Shown here piece after piece: positions 17,908-28,100 of a stretch of 32,000 bases of DNA (positions are counted from its first letter, which is position 1; each line of letters opens with the position of its first letter). The position numbers and the translations under genes were made by a program. The notes beneath the pieces are model-generated. The model made no database searches. It worked only from the letters and a program-made list of their open reading frames with translations, and had not been told where the DNA came from. Origin of the DNA: Trichlorobacter lovleyi SZ. Lineage in GTDB: Bacteria; Desulfobacterota; Desulfuromonadia; Geobacterales; Pseudopelobacteraceae. Where the stretch lies: contig NC_010814.1 in assembly GCF_000020385.1 (NCBI RefSeq), positions 2,250,001 through 2,282,000 on the forward strand, given 5' to 3'.

Positions 17908-19257
17908 TCACTGTTTAGAGAGTTTTCTTTCCCTTCCGTCAGCCGTCTTTCTCTCCCTGCCGCGGAACAGCAACCTGAACGGTGTCCCTTTGAAACCAAA
18001 GGCATCCCGGAAGCGGTTGCCCAGATAGCGCTGGTACGGCGTCAGCACCCCGTCGGGTTGATTGGTAAAGATGGCAAAGGTGGGCGGCTTGACCCCCACC
18101 TGGGTGGCAAAATAGAACTTGACCCGACGGGCATGATGCAGTGGAGCATGGTGTGCCTCCACCGCTTCCTTGAAGACACGGTTCAACTCCGAGGTGGTAA
18201 CCCGGCGGGAATACTGCTCTGCAACCTCTGCCGCCTCTTCCATCACCTTATGAATCCGCTGACCGGTCCTGGCTGAGACAAAGACAATAGGTGCAAAGGC
18301 CAGAAACTTGAATTCATACTGGATCTGCTCCACAAACTTGCCGATGGTCTTGTTGTCCTTTTCAAGGGTGTCCCATTTGTTGACTACAAATACACAGGCG
18401 CGGCCTGCCTCGTAAACATAACCGGCAATATGCTTGTCCTGCTCAGTGATGCCGTCTTCCGCATTCAACACAATCAGGGCTACATCAGCCCGTTCAATAC
18501 TCTTCAAGGCATCAACCACGCTGTATTTTTCAAGTTTCTGGCTGGTCTTGCCCTTACGCCGGATACCGGCCGTATCAATCAGGCAGTACCGTTTCTTGTT
18601 GCAGGTAAAAAACGTATCCACCGAATCGCGGGTAGTTCCTGCAACAGGGTTGGCCACCACCCGCTCAAAGCCGAGCAACCGGTTGACCAGCGAGGACTTG
18701 CCCACATTGGGGCGCCCCACCACTGCAATATTGGTCACCTCATCTTCACCCGGCAACGGTTCATCAGGCAGCAACGCCATAATTTCATCCAGCAGATCCC
18801 GGATACCGCGATTATGGGCGGCCGAGATGGTGTGCATGTTGTCGATACCCAGGGCATAGAACTCCGCAGCCTCGTTCTCGACCTTCTCACCATCCACCTT
18901 GTTGACCACATAAAAGACCGGCTTATCCACCCGCCGCAGCATCGAGGCGACCTCATTGTCTGCGGGGGTCAGCCCCTGCTTGGCATCCATCAGAAACAGG
19001 ATCACATCCGCCTCTTCCATGGCCAAAAGCGACTGTTCCCGCATCTGCTGCAACATGCGGTCCTCGGTCACCGGCTCAAATCCGCCGGTATCCACCAGAA
19101 TAAACGGCTTGTCGTAGCGTTCCACCACCGCATAGTTGCGATCACGGGTCACGCCGGGCATATCATCAACAATCGCCCTGCGCTCCCCCACAATCCGGTT
19201 GAACAGGGTTGATTTGCCCACATTGGGACGTCCTACTATTGCTACTATTGATTTCAT
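17908..19257 (-). CDS. der: Ribosome-associated GTPase Der (EngA), two tandem GTPase domains plus KH-like domain
   Basis: The 449-aa product has two G1 motifs (GRPNVGKST and GRPNVGKSS), DTGG/DTAG and NKVD/NKWD. An AGAGG Shine-Dalgarno lies 7 nt upstream of ATG 19257. Confidence 0.95.
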   Translation of the reverse strand: MKSIVAIVGRPNVGKSTLFNRIVGERRAIVDDMPGVTRDRNYAVVERYDKPFILVDTGGFEPVTEDRMLQQMREQSLLAMEEADVILFLMDAKQGLTPADNEVASMLRRVDKPVFYVVNKVDGEKVENEAAEFYALGIDNMHTISAAHNRGIRDLLDEIMALLPDEPLPGEDEVTNIAVVGRPNVGKSSLVNRLLGFERVVANPVAGTTRDSVDTFFTCNKKRYCLIDTAGIRRKGKTSQKLEKYSVVDALKSIERADVALIVLNAEDGITEQDKHIAGYVYEAGRACVFVVNKWDTLEKDNKTIGKFVEQIQYEFKFLAFAPIVFVSARTGQRIHKVMEEAAEVAEQYSRRVTTSELNRVFKEAVEAHHAPLHHARRVKFYFATQVGVKPPTFAIFTNQPDGVLTPYQRYLGNRFRDAFGFKGTPFRLLFRGRERKTADGRERKLSKQ

Positions 19258-19260
19258 TTA

Positions 19261-19405
19261 TAAGCCTCTTTCAAAATGTCACGAGGAAGGCCGGATATAA
19301 GGCGCACGGAGCGCAGCGATTGAGACATACCATGTAAGGTAGGCGAAAGAGCGAGCACCGCGCAACGCAGCAGACGGCCTCCACAGTAGTTTTGAAAGAG
19401 GCTTA
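19261..19405 (-). promoter_or_regulatory. Structured era-der intergenic element. A 16-bp perfect inverted repeat (19261-19276 / 19390-19405) encloses 113 nt with further internal pairing.
   Basis: Read directly from the sequence: TAAGCCTCTTTCAAAA at 19261-19276 and TTTTGAAAGAGGCTTA at 19390-19405. On the mRNA strand the 5' arm starts with the era stop codon. The 3' arm contains the der Shine-Dalgarno (GAGG) and ends 3 nt before the der ATG. Confidence 0.6.
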
Positions 19406-20293
19406 CTCGTATCCTAACTCTCTCAGCATGGCGGTCCGCTCGGTCCAGCGTTCCTGCACCTGCACAAACAACTCCAGATAGACCTTGGTCCCCAGCAGGC
19501 GTTCGATATCACGGCGGGCCTGCTCACCGATTTTTTTGAGCATGACCCCTTTTTTGCCAATGATGATCCCCTTGTGGGAATCCCGTTCCACCATGATGGT
19601 GGCATTGATTGCCACCAGACCGTTTTCCCGCTCGGCAAACGCTTCCACCACCACAGCAGTGCCATAGGGCACTTCGCGGTTGGTCAGACGGAAGACCTTT
19701 TCACGGATCAGCTCTGCAACAATAAACTTCTCAGGCAGGTCGGTCAGGATATCATCCGGGAAGAGCGCCTCACCTTCCGGCAGATGTTCCCGCACCAGGT
19801 CCACCAGGCGCTCAATATTACTGCCTGATTGGGCGGAGATCGGGATGATCTCCGGGAAATCATAGAGACGGGTATAGCCTTCAATCACGGTGAACAGTTT
19901 TTCTTTAGGAGTGACCTGATCGATCTTGTTCAGGACCAGATAGATCGGTGCTCCGGCCTTGGAACAGATATCCTTGATGAATGTTTCTTCAATCTTCTGA
20001 GTGGCATCCACCACCAGCAGCATCAGGTCAATCCCGGTTACCACGGTCATGGCAGCATCCACCATGGCCCGATTAATCCGGGTACGGGCAGTATGGATAC
20101 CCGGGGTATCCACAAACACGATCTGGCTGGTCTCATCGGACAGGATGCCACGGATCACATTACGGGTGGTCTGGGGTTTGTCCGACACCGCCACAATCTT
20201 CTCACCCAGAATCCGGTTCAACAGGGTGGACTTGCCGACATTGGGACGACCGATGATGGAGACGAATCCTGCTTTGTACGTTGAATCACTCAT
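19403..20293 (-). CDS. era: GTPase Era
   Basis: The 296-aa product has G1 (GRPNVGKST), DTPG and NKID motifs, and a C-terminal KH domain (...[15 protein letters not shown]...). The start lies 1 nt after the glnS stop. Confidence 0.95.
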   Translation of the reverse strand: MSDSTYKAGFVSIIGRPNVGKSTLLNRILGEKIVAVSDKPQTTRNVIRGILSDETSQIVFVDTPGIHTARTRINRAMVDAAMTVVTGIDLMLLVVDATQKIEETFIKDICSKAGAPIYLVLNKIDQVTPKEKLFTVIEGYTRLYDFPEIIPISAQSGSNIERLVDLVREHLPEGEALFPDDILTDLPEKFIVAELIREKVFRLTNREVPYGTAVVVEAFAERENGLVAINATIMVERDSHKGIIIGKKGVMLKKIGEQARRDIERLLGTKVYLELFVQVQERWTERTAMLRELGYE

Positions 20294-20294
20294 A

Positions 20295-21971
20295 TTAGTT
20301 TTTTGCTCCCCAAGTGTCGCGTAGCGTCACAACTCGGTTAAAGACCGGTTTACCCGGCTGCGAATCCTTCTGGTCAGCGCAGAAATAGCCCAGACGTTCA
20401 AACTGGAAGCTCTGGCCAGGCGCTGCATCCAGCAGCGATGCTTCAACCCGGCACTGCGGCAGGGTCTGCAGCGACTCAGGGTTCAGGAACTGCTTGTAAT
20501 CGGCACCGCCGCGGTCAGGGTTGGCATCGCTGAACAGGCGGTCAAACAGACGGGCCTCCACGGTTGCAGCATGGCGGGCTGAAAGCCAGTGGATCACCCC
20601 TTTGATCTTGCGACCGTCAGAGGTCATCGGCCCATTGGTTGAGCCGGGATCATAGTCGGCATGCAGCTCAACCACCCTGCCGTGCTCATCCTTGACCATT
20701 CCGGTACACTTGACCACGTAGGCATACTTCAGCTTGACTTCACCGCCTATGGTCAGGCGATGGAACCCCTTGGACGGGTTCTCCATAAAGTCATCCGCAT
20801 CAATAAGGATCTCTTTTGAGAACGGTAGCTTGCGCACACCTAGTTCAGGCTTTGATGGATGATTTGCCACCTCAAACTGATCCACCTGATCTTCAGGATA
20901 ATTATCAATGATCAGCTTGATCGGGTGTAGCACGGCCATGGCCCGCAAAGCGTTCTCATTCAGATCATTTCTGACGCAATCCTCCAGCAGCTCATAGCCG
21001 ATCCAGGCATCACTGCGGCCAACCCCGATCCGGTCACAGAAGGTACGGATCGCAGCCGGAGTAAAACCACGACGCTTGAGCCCCATGATGGTGGGCATGC
21101 GGGGATCATCCCAACCGTTGACCAGGCCGGTCTGTACCAGTTCCTGCAGCTTGCGTTTGCTCATCACGGTGTAGGAGAGGTTCAGGCGGGCAAACTCATA
21201 CTGGCGCGGTTTGGCAGGCACCGGCAGGTTGTCCAGGAACCATTCGTACAACGGGCGGTGAGATTCAAACTCCAGGGTACAGATGGAGTGGGTGATCCCC
21301 TCAATGGCATCGGACTGACCATGGGTAAAGTCATACATCGGGTAGATGCACCAGGCATCCCCCACATGGGGGTGACTGGTATGCAGAATCCGGTACAGCA
21401 CCGGGTCACGCAGGTTCATGTTGGGAGAGGCCATGTCGATCCTGGCCCGCAACACTTTCATGCCGTCAGGAAACTCACCGGCCCGCATCCTGCGGAACTG
21501 GTCCAGGTTTTCCTCCACCGTACGGCTGCGAAAGGGAGAGTCTTTGCCCGGTTCGGTCAGGGTACCGCGATACTCCTTCATCTGCTCCGGCGTCAACTCA
21601 TCAACATAGGCCTTGCCCTGCTGGATCAGATACTCGGCCCACTGGTAGAGCTGCTCAAAGTACTCAGAGGCATGGTAGAGGTGCTCCCCCCAGTCAAACC
21701 CCAGCCAGCGCACACTCTCCTTGATCGACTCAATATACTCGGTCTCTTCCTTGACCGGATTGGTGTCATCAAAGCGCAGGTGACACTGGCCCCCAAAGTC
21801 ACGGGCCAGGCCAAAGTTAAGACAGATCGACTTGGCATGGCCGATATGCAGGTAGCCGTTGGGCTCAGGCGGAAAACGGGTCACCACGGTCTGATGCTTG
21901 CCGCTGGCAAGGTCGTCACTGACAATGGTACGCAGAAAGTTTGCTGTTGGAGTAACGGTTTCAGTGCTCAT
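20295..21971 (-). CDS. glnS: Glutaminyl-tRNA synthetase
   Basis: The 558-aa product has the class I motifs HIGHAKS and VMSKRK, and the layout of a GlnRS-type anticodon-binding C-terminal domain. Confidence 0.93.
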   Translation of the reverse strand: MSTETVTPTANFLRTIVSDDLASGKHQTVVTRFPPEPNGYLHIGHAKSICLNFGLARDFGGQCHLRFDDTNPVKEETEYIESIKESVRWLGFDWGEHLYHASEYFEQLYQWAEYLIQQGKAYVDELTPEQMKEYRGTLTEPGKDSPFRSRTVEENLDQFRRMRAGEFPDGMKVLRARIDMASPNMNLRDPVLYRILHTSHPHVGDAWCIYPMYDFTHGQSDAIEGITHSICTLEFESHRPLYEWFLDNLPVPAKPRQYEFARLNLSYTVMSKRKLQELVQTGLVNGWDDPRMPTIMGLKRRGFTPAAIRTFCDRIGVGRSDAWIGYELLEDCVRNDLNENALRAMAVLHPIKLIIDNYPEDQVDQFEVANHPSKPELGVRKLPFSKEILIDADDFMENPSKGFHRLTIGGEVKLKYAYVVKCTGMVKDEHGRVVELHADYDPGSTNGPMTSDGRKIKGVIHWLSARHAATVEARLFDRLFSDANPDRGGADYKQFLNPESLQTLPQCRVEASLLDAAPGQSFQFERLGYFCADQKDSQPGKPVFNRVVTLRDTWGAKN

Positions 21972-21988
21972 GCATAACCTCTCAATAC

Positions 21989-23305
21989 TTATAACAACTC
22001 ACCCAGCAACGAGTTGGCATATCCTTCCAGAATCTTCACATCCACCAGTTTGCCGATCAGGGCTGGTGAACCTGCCAGATTAACGATCCGGCCGCTGTCG
22101 CAGCGGCCACTAACCTGTCCATGCCGCTTGGCCAGTCCCTCCACCAGCACCTGCTGGGTCGAACCGACATAAGTCTCATTATGGATACGGGAATGCACAG
22201 CCTGCAGCTTCTGCAGCCGGTCCAGCCGTGCCAGCTTAACCTCTTTGGCCAGCTCATCACTCAGCTCAGCAGCCTTGGTGCCGGGCCGGGGTGAATAGAC
22301 AAAGGAAAATAGGTCAAAATAGCGCACCTCTTCCATCAGGGAAAGGGTCTCTTCAAACTCTGCTTCGGTCTCACCCGGAAACCCGACAATCATGTCACCG
22401 GTAATCTTGATCTCCGGCCGTGCCTGACGCAGTTTGTAAATAGTTTCCAGATAGTGTTCGCGGCTGTAGCCACGGTTCATCGCCTTCAGTATCCGGTTGT
22501 TACCGGCCTGGGCCGGCAAATGCAGAGAACCGCACAGCTTGGCTAGATCAGCAAAGCAGGCGATCAGGTCATCAGACATATCCTTGGGGTGGGAGGTCAC
22601 AAACCTGACCCGATCGATACCGGATACAGCCGCCACCGCCCTGACAAGCTCTGCAAAGGAAGGCTGTTCCTCCCCTTTCAGACCGTAGGAATTGACGTTC
22701 TGACCCAGCAGTACCACTTCCCGCAACCCCTGAGCAGCCAGATCCTGCACCTCCTGCAGGATCTCGGCAAAGCGACGGCTGATCTCCCTGCCCCGCACAT
22801 AGGGGACAATGCAGTAGGAGCAGAAGTTATCGCAGCCCTGCATCACAGTGACAAAGGCAGAGACCCGTTTACGCCCTTCAATGGGCGGAAACAGGTCAAG
22901 CCGTTCGCTGCTGTCCAGAAAATCGGTCTCAGCCCGTCGCCTGCCGGCTTCGGCATCTTTTACCATCTCCGGCACCAGATGCAGGTTATGGGTACCAAAT
23001 ACCAGATCCACCCAGGGAAATTTCTGCAGCAGTTCTGCCCCCATCTGCTGGGCAACACAACCGGCCACCCCGATCAGGGTACCGGGCTTTTTACGCTTCA
23101 GGTTCTTCAGGTTGGCAATGTTCTGAAGCAGACACTCCTCTGCCCCGGCCCGCACCGTGCAGGTATTGAACAGAATCAGAGCGGCCTCATGCCTGCGGCT
23201 TGTCTGGGTATAGCCCAATGGCTGCAGCATGGTCACAATCCGCTCAGAATCGTTGACATTCATCTGACAGCCAACCGTATCAATGTAGAGTTTTTTATGG
23301 TTCAT
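21989..23305 (-). CDS. miaB: tRNA-2-methylthio-N6-dimethylallyladenosine synthase MiaB (radical SAM methylthiotransferase)
   Basis: The product has an N-terminal UPF0004 domain ([11 protein letters not shown]), a radical-SAM CDNFCSYC motif and a C-terminal TRAM domain. The track start is TTG 23344. ATG 23305 gives the typical M..KKLYI.T.GCQMN N-terminus. Confidence 0.92.
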   Translation of the reverse strand: MNHKKLYIDTVGCQMNVNDSERIVTMLQPLGYTQTSRRHEAALILFNTCTVRAGAEECLLQNIANLKNLKRKKPGTLIGVAGCVAQQMGAELLQKFPWVDLVFGTHNLHLVPEMVKDAEAGRRRAETDFLDSSERLDLFPPIEGRKRVSAFVTVMQGCDNFCSYCIVPYVRGREISRRFAEILQEVQDLAAQGLREVVLLGQNVNSYGLKGEEQPSFAELVRAVAAVSGIDRVRFVTSHPKDMSDDLIACFADLAKLCGSLHLPAQAGNNRILKAMNRGYSREHYLETIYKLRQARPEIKITGDMIVGFPGETEAEFEETLSLMEEVRYFDLFSFVYSPRPGTKAAELSDELAKEVKLARLDRLQKLQAVHSRIHNETYVGSTQQVLVEGLAKRHGQVSGRCDSGRIVNLAGSPALIGKLVDVKILEGYANSLLGELL

Positions 23306-23564
23306 AGAATCGTTTTTTATAGTGTTTTTGGGGCATTCCGTCAATACAAAGCTGGCTTTGGCGACAGTTTTTGTGGCGCGGTCAGTACAGGCCTGCTATA
23401 GTACACCACTTATTCAGATTCCATTTCAAGGCGCTCTCTTCGTTGGCTCGTCTTCGGTTCCTCGATGTACTACTGTGTACACACTGTGTCACCGAACTCC
23501 TCGCCGCCTTGATATCATCCTTGAACTGGAATCCGAATTATTATTCAACAAGGATGTATTAACC

Positions 23565-24437
23565 ATGAAGATAGCTGACAAACTTGCAACCGGTTGCCGT
23601 TTTGTCTCGGTAGAATACTTTCCCCCCAAGGAACGCCAGGACTGGCCTGCCTTTTTCAAGGTGGTGGAGCGTCTGGCCAGCCTGAACCCGCTGTTTGCCT
23701 CGGTCACCTATGGCGCAGGCGGCAGCAATCAGGATGCAACCCTTGAGATTGTGACCCAGATGCAACAGCAGTTGGGGCTGGAGACCATGGCCCACCTGAC
23801 CTGCGTGGGCGCCCAGGCAGGCCGTTTGAACCGTTTTCTTGATGACCTGTCAAAAGTTGGCATCCAGAACATCCTGGCCCTGCGGGGTGACCCTCCCCTG
23901 GAAACACCGGTAGAGCAACTGACAGAGTCACCTTTTCATTTTGCCTCTGATCTGGTCTCCTTTGTGAGCCAGTCCCATCCGCAGATGGGAGTTGCAGTAG
24001 CAGCCTACCCGGAAACCCACCCTGAGGCGATCTCACCAGAATCAGATCTGGGCTACCTGAAGCTGAAGATGGATCTGGGGGGGGACTTCGCCGTAACCCA
24101 GCTCTTTTTCGACAACCAACTCTACTTTGATTTTGTAAAACGTGCCCGTGAGCGGGGCATCACCAAGCTGATCATCCCCGGTATCCTGCCGGTACTGAAT
24201 CTGAAAATGATCGAGCGGATCAAGCAGCTTTCCGGAGCCTTTATCCCGCCTGACTTTATGGCTGCTTTGGAAGCAGCTGACCAACGCGGCGGCGCAGCCG
24301 AAGTACGCAAGGTAGGGGTAGCTCATGCCCGCAAACAGGCTGAAGAGCTGCTGGCTAGCGGTGTGCAGGGGGTACACCTCTACACCTTTAACAAGGCCGA
24401 AGCCATACTTGAACTGACTGAAGGACTCTTGCCGTAA
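23565..24437 (+). CDS. metF: 5,10-methylenetetrahydrofolate reductase
   Basis: The MetF pattern starts at MKIADKLATGCRFVSVEYFPPK...TYGAGGS.... The 371-aa track ORF (from 23322) adds an implausible leader of about 80 aa. ATG 23565 is preceded by AAGGA. Confidence 0.9.
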   Translation: MKIADKLATGCRFVSVEYFPPKERQDWPAFFKVVERLASLNPLFASVTYGAGGSNQDATLEIVTQMQQQLGLETMAHLTCVGAQAGRLNRFLDDLSKVGIQNILALRGDPPLETPVEQLTESPFHFASDLVSFVSQSHPQMGVAVAAYPETHPEAISPESDLGYLKLKMDLGGDFAVTQLFFDNQLYFDFVKRARERGITKLIIPGILPVLNLKMIERIKQLSGAFIPPDFMAALEAADQRGGAAEVRKVGVAHARKQAEELLASGVQGVHLYTFNKAEAILELTEGLLP

Positions 24438-24510
24438 TTTTTTATCCTTGCAGGCTGTCATTGTTTGATGCCATTATGATCTTACCGCATCTTACCTTTG
24501 GAGGGGCACA

Positions 24511-24774
24511 ATGGAGACAACTCTGTCCAGCAAAGGACAAATCGTTATTCCTCTGCAAATAAGAAATCTGCATGGCTGGCGGCCGGGGGCCTCCTTTACC
24601 ATTATTGACAACGAAGACTCCTTGATTCTTCAACCGGTCCAGACAAAAACAACAACCAAACTGGAAGATGTAATTGGATGCGCCGGATATCAGGGAAAAA
24701 AGAAAAGCCAGGCAGAGATGGACGCAGGAATACTTGAGGAAGCCAAAAGACGGGTGGCTGAATGGTCTCGGTAG
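24511..24774 (+). CDS. vapB: AbrB/SpoVT-family antitoxin (VapB-like)
   Basis: The 87-aa product has an N-terminal swapped-hairpin pattern (TLSSKGQIVIPLQIRNLHGWRPGASFTI). A GGAGGGG Shine-Dalgarno lies 4 nt upstream. It overlaps the downstream PIN gene by 13 nt. Confidence 0.75.
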   Translation: METTLSSKGQIVIPLQIRNLHGWRPGASFTIIDNEDSLILQPVQTKTTTKLEDVIGCAGYQGKKKSQAEMDAGILEEAKRRVAEWSR

Positions 24775-25154
24775 ATACCAATCTTGTTGTCAGGCTACTG
24801 GTCAATGACGACCCGGCGCAAACGAATAAGGTTGCAGCACTGTTCACGGCTGAAAAAATATTCATCGCCAAAACAGTTGTTCTTGAAACGGAATGGATTT
24901 TGCGAGGGGTCTATAACCTTGACCGTAACACAACAAATAGCGCACTACGAAAACTATTATCCCTGGAACAGGTCATTGTGGAGGATGAAAGCATACTTTT
25001 TGATGCGCTGGACAACCATCTGCAAGGGGTGGATTTTGCAGATGCCCTCCACCTGTCTTCAAGTCATCGGGCAGCAACATTTGCCACCTTTGATGCAAAA
25101 TTCAAATCAACTGCTAAAAAGCTGTCTTTGAAACCAACCGTCATTACTCCCTAG
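24762..25154 (+). CDS. vapC: PIN-domain ribonuclease toxin (VapC-like)
   Basis: The 130-aa product carries the PIN acidic residues in context: VDTN (D5), LETEW, DFADALH and TFDAKF. It is arranged as a classic overlapping two-gene TA pair. Confidence 0.8.
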   Translation: MVSVDTNLVVRLLVNDDPAQTNKVAALFTAEKIFIAKTVVLETEWILRGVYNLDRNTTNSALRKLLSLEQVIVEDESILFDALDNHLQGVDFADALHLSSSHRAATFATFDAKFKSTAKKLSLKPTVITP

Positions 25155-25198
25155 ATTTACAGCACTAAGGTGCTTCCAGACCGATGTAAGGAATTACC

Positions 25199-28100
25199 AT
25201 GACCAACAATCCCGTACTGCAGGCCCTTTCCCAATGTATCCTGATCCTTGACGGCGCCATGGGCACCCAGTTGCAGGCCCGTAACCTGACCGCTGCTGAT
25301 TTTGGCGGCGAAGCCTATGAAGGCTGTAATGAGATGCTGGTGCTGACCCGGCCTGATGTGATTGAGGATGTGCACAAGGCCTATCTGGAAGCTGGCGCTG
25401 ATATTGTAGAGACCTGCTCCTTTGGCTCAACCGATATTGTACTGGCTGAATATGGCCTTGCAGACAAGGTCTTTGAACTGAACAAGGCCGCGGCCCTGGT
25501 GGCACGCAAGGCCTGTGATGCTTACAGTACGCCGGACAAGCCACGTTTTGTGGCCGGTTCCATGGGGCCCACCACCCGTACCATCTCGGTCACCGGCGGG
25601 GTAACCTTTGAGCAACTGGTGACTGCTTTTAGAGATCAAACCATCGGACTGTTGGCTGGTGGCGTGGATCTGCTGCTGCTGGAGACTGCCCAGGATACCC
25701 TGAACCTCAAGGCCGGTGCCGAAGGTATCCGGCTGGCCTTTGAGCAGACCGGACAGCGGGTACCGCTGATGGTATCCGGCACCATTGAGCCCACCGGCAC
25801 CATGCTAGCCGGCCAGAACGTAGAAGCACTCTACGCCTCCCTGACCCACCTGGAAGAGAATCTTGGGCTGATCAGCATCGGCCTTAACTGCGCCACCGGG
25901 CCAGAGTTCATGACTGACCACCTGCGGGCCCTGTCTGAGCTGGCCACCTGCCATATCTCGGTCTATCCCAATGCCGGCCTGCCGGATGAAAACGGCAACT
26001 ATGCCGAATCTCCCGACTCTCTGGCCCAGAAGCTGTCCCGCTTTGTGGATGAAGGCTGGCTGAACATCATTGGCGGCTGCTGCGGCACCTCTCCTGCCCA
26101 TATTGCCGCCATTGCAAACATGGCAGCAGGCAGGCAGCCCCGTAAACCGGTTACAATCCGTCGCAGACTGGTCTCCGGCATTGAACCGCTGTTTATTGAA
26201 GAGGATAACCGGCCGATCCTGGTGGGAGAGCGGACCAACGTGATCGGTTCCCGCAAGTTCAAGAACATGATCGTGGCCGGTCAATTTGAAGAAGCGGCCG
26301 AGATTGCCCGGGCCCAGGTCAAGACCGGAGCCCAGGTGATTGATATCTGTGTGGCCAATCCGGATCGTGATGAGCTGGCCGACATGGAGCAGATGCTGGT
26401 GTATCTGCCCAAAAAGGTACGGGCACCGATCATGATCGACTCCACCGATGCAAAAGTAACTGAGCTGGCACTGCAACGGCTGCAGGGCAAGTGCGTGATC
26501 AACTCCATCAACCTGGAAGATGGCGAAGAGCGCTTTGCAAAGGTGGCTCCTCTGCTCAGGCACTACGGCGGTGCCGTGGTGGTGGGCTGTATTGATGAAG
26601 ATCCCGCAAACGGCATGGCTGTTACCCGCCAGCGCAAGCTGGAGGTGGCCCAGCGCTCATACGACCTGTTGGTCAACAAGTATGGCCTGCGGCCTGAAGA
26701 TCTGATCTTTGATCCATTGGTGTTCCCGGTTGGCAGCGGTGATGACAACTACATCGGCTCTGCAGTGGAGACCATTGAAGGGGTGCGCCTGATCACCGAG
26801 ACCTTCCCCCAGTGCAGCACCATCCTGGGCATCTCCAACGTATCCTTCGGTCTGCCCGCAGCAGGACGTGAGGTGTTGAACGCAGTATTCCTGTACCACT
26901 GCGTTAAGGCCGGTCTGGGCTATGCCATTGTCAACACTGAGAAACTGGAGCGCTACGCCTCCATCCCGGAAGCAGAGCGCAGACTGGCTGAAGACCTGAT
27001 CTTCTGGCGCGGTGCTGATCCGGTTGCTGCCTTTGCTGCAGCCTTCCGTGATAAAAAGCCGGTTTCCCATGCCCCGGCAGCGGAACTACCGCTGGATGAA
27101 CGATTGCCGCTCTACATCATTGAAGGCAGCAAGGATGGCCTGACCGCTGATCTGGATGCTGCCCTGACCCGTGGCGACAAGCCGCTGGAGATCATCAATG
27201 GCCCCCTGATGGCTGGCATGGCTGAAGTCGGGCGGCTGTTTAACGACAACCAGCTGATTGTGGCTGAGGTGCTGCAGTCTGCCGAGGCCATGAAGGCAGC
27301 GGTCTCCCATCTGGAACCGCACCTGTCAAAGGATGAGACCTCCAGCAAGGGCAAGATGCTGCTGGCCACGGTCAAGGGCGATGTGCATGACATCGGCAAA
27401 AACCTGGTGGAGATCATCCTCTCCAACAACGGCTTTGAGGTGATCAACCTGGGGATCAAGGTGGGGCCGGAAGAGTTGATTGCCGCAGCAAAGAAAGAAA
27501 ATCCTGACTTCATCGGCCTGTCCGGCCTGTTGGTCAAGAGTGCCTTGCAGATGATTGTCACTGCCGCAGACCTGAAGGCAGCCGGTATAGATGCGCCGCT
27601 GCTGGTGGGCGGCGCTGCCCTGTCTCGCGCCTTTGCCGACACACGGATTACACCGGAGTATAACGGCCCGGTGCTGTATGCCAAGGATGCCATGGCCGGT
27701 CTGGAACTGGCCAATCAACTGGTTGATCCAGCGTTGCGCCAGCAGTTGATGCTTGACCTGGCCCGTCAACAGGAGGCCAGTGCCAAAATCGCAGCAGCCA
27801 AGGCAGCAGGCCAGTCAACCGTTGCCACCGGATCAACACACTCAGCTATCAGCAGCAACGCCCCTATCCTGGTTGCGCCTGACCTTGAACAGCATATCCT
27901 GCGGGATATCCCGGTTGGTCAGATCATCCCCTACCTGAACCGCCAGATGCTCTATACCAAGCATCTGGGGCTGACCGGGTCAGTGGATAAACTGCTGGCC
28001 GGTCAGGATGAAAAGGCAACCAAACTGCACCTGACCGTTGAGGCGATGCTGGAGCGGGTGCTGCAGGAAGGTCTGATCAAGCCCCAGGCCATCTATCGTT

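Noticed and set aside
19280-19385. Possible c-di-GMP-I (GEMM-I)-like riboswitch on the plus strand of the era-der spacer. The region contains ...GGCGAAAGAGCG...GCAACGCAGCAGACGGCCUCC..., which is superficially like the CGAAAGAG...GACGCAAAGCC core.
   Set aside because: The resemblance is partial; I could not find the GGCAAA element or the tetraloop-receptor arrangement. It lies on the strand antisense to both flanking genes, with no downstream plus-strand gene to regulate. A covariance-model scan would settle it.
9396-23344. Track start codons for cheR (GTG 10331), the HEAT protein (TTG 12390), cheW (TTG 12784), cheY (TTG 16809), PATAN-REC (GTG 17856) and miaB (TTG 23344).
   Set aside because: These non-ATG starts only reflect maximal ORF extension, and most overlap the upstream gene substantially. 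Internal starts sit next to the upstream stop codons, are preceded by Shine-Dalgarno sequences, or both, and they give family-typical N-termini.
23322-23564. The N-terminal extension of about 80 aa on the metF track ORF (the 371-aa version).
   Set aside because: The extension is a Cys/Ser/Leu-rich translation of the divergent intergenic region. MetF homology begins at MKIADKL (ATG 23565), which has an upstream AAGGA.
25155-25198. A riboswitch or terminator between vapC and metH, including the small hairpin AGCAC-TAAG-GTGCT.
   Set aside because: The spacer is only 44 nt, too short for a cobalamin or SAM riboswitch. The 5-bp stem has no following U-tract, so it is not a convincing intrinsic terminator.
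5076-26563. Other long ORFs antisense to or overlapping real genes. Examples are 5076-5789(+), 10621-11223(+), 11279-11776(+), 13757-14515(+), 15084-15620(+), 17314-17850(+), 18430-19212(+), 19829-20284(+), 21258-21977(+), 22589-23401(+), 24042-24461(-), 25805-26563(-), 27112-27714(-) and 28232-28627(-).
   Set aside because: Each lies opposite or out of frame to a gene with strong family signatures (siaA/lptE, HEAT, cheA, AAA+, PATAN-REC, der, era, glnS, miaB, metF, metH). All have low-complexity Arg/Pro/Gly/Ser-rich translations and no motifs.
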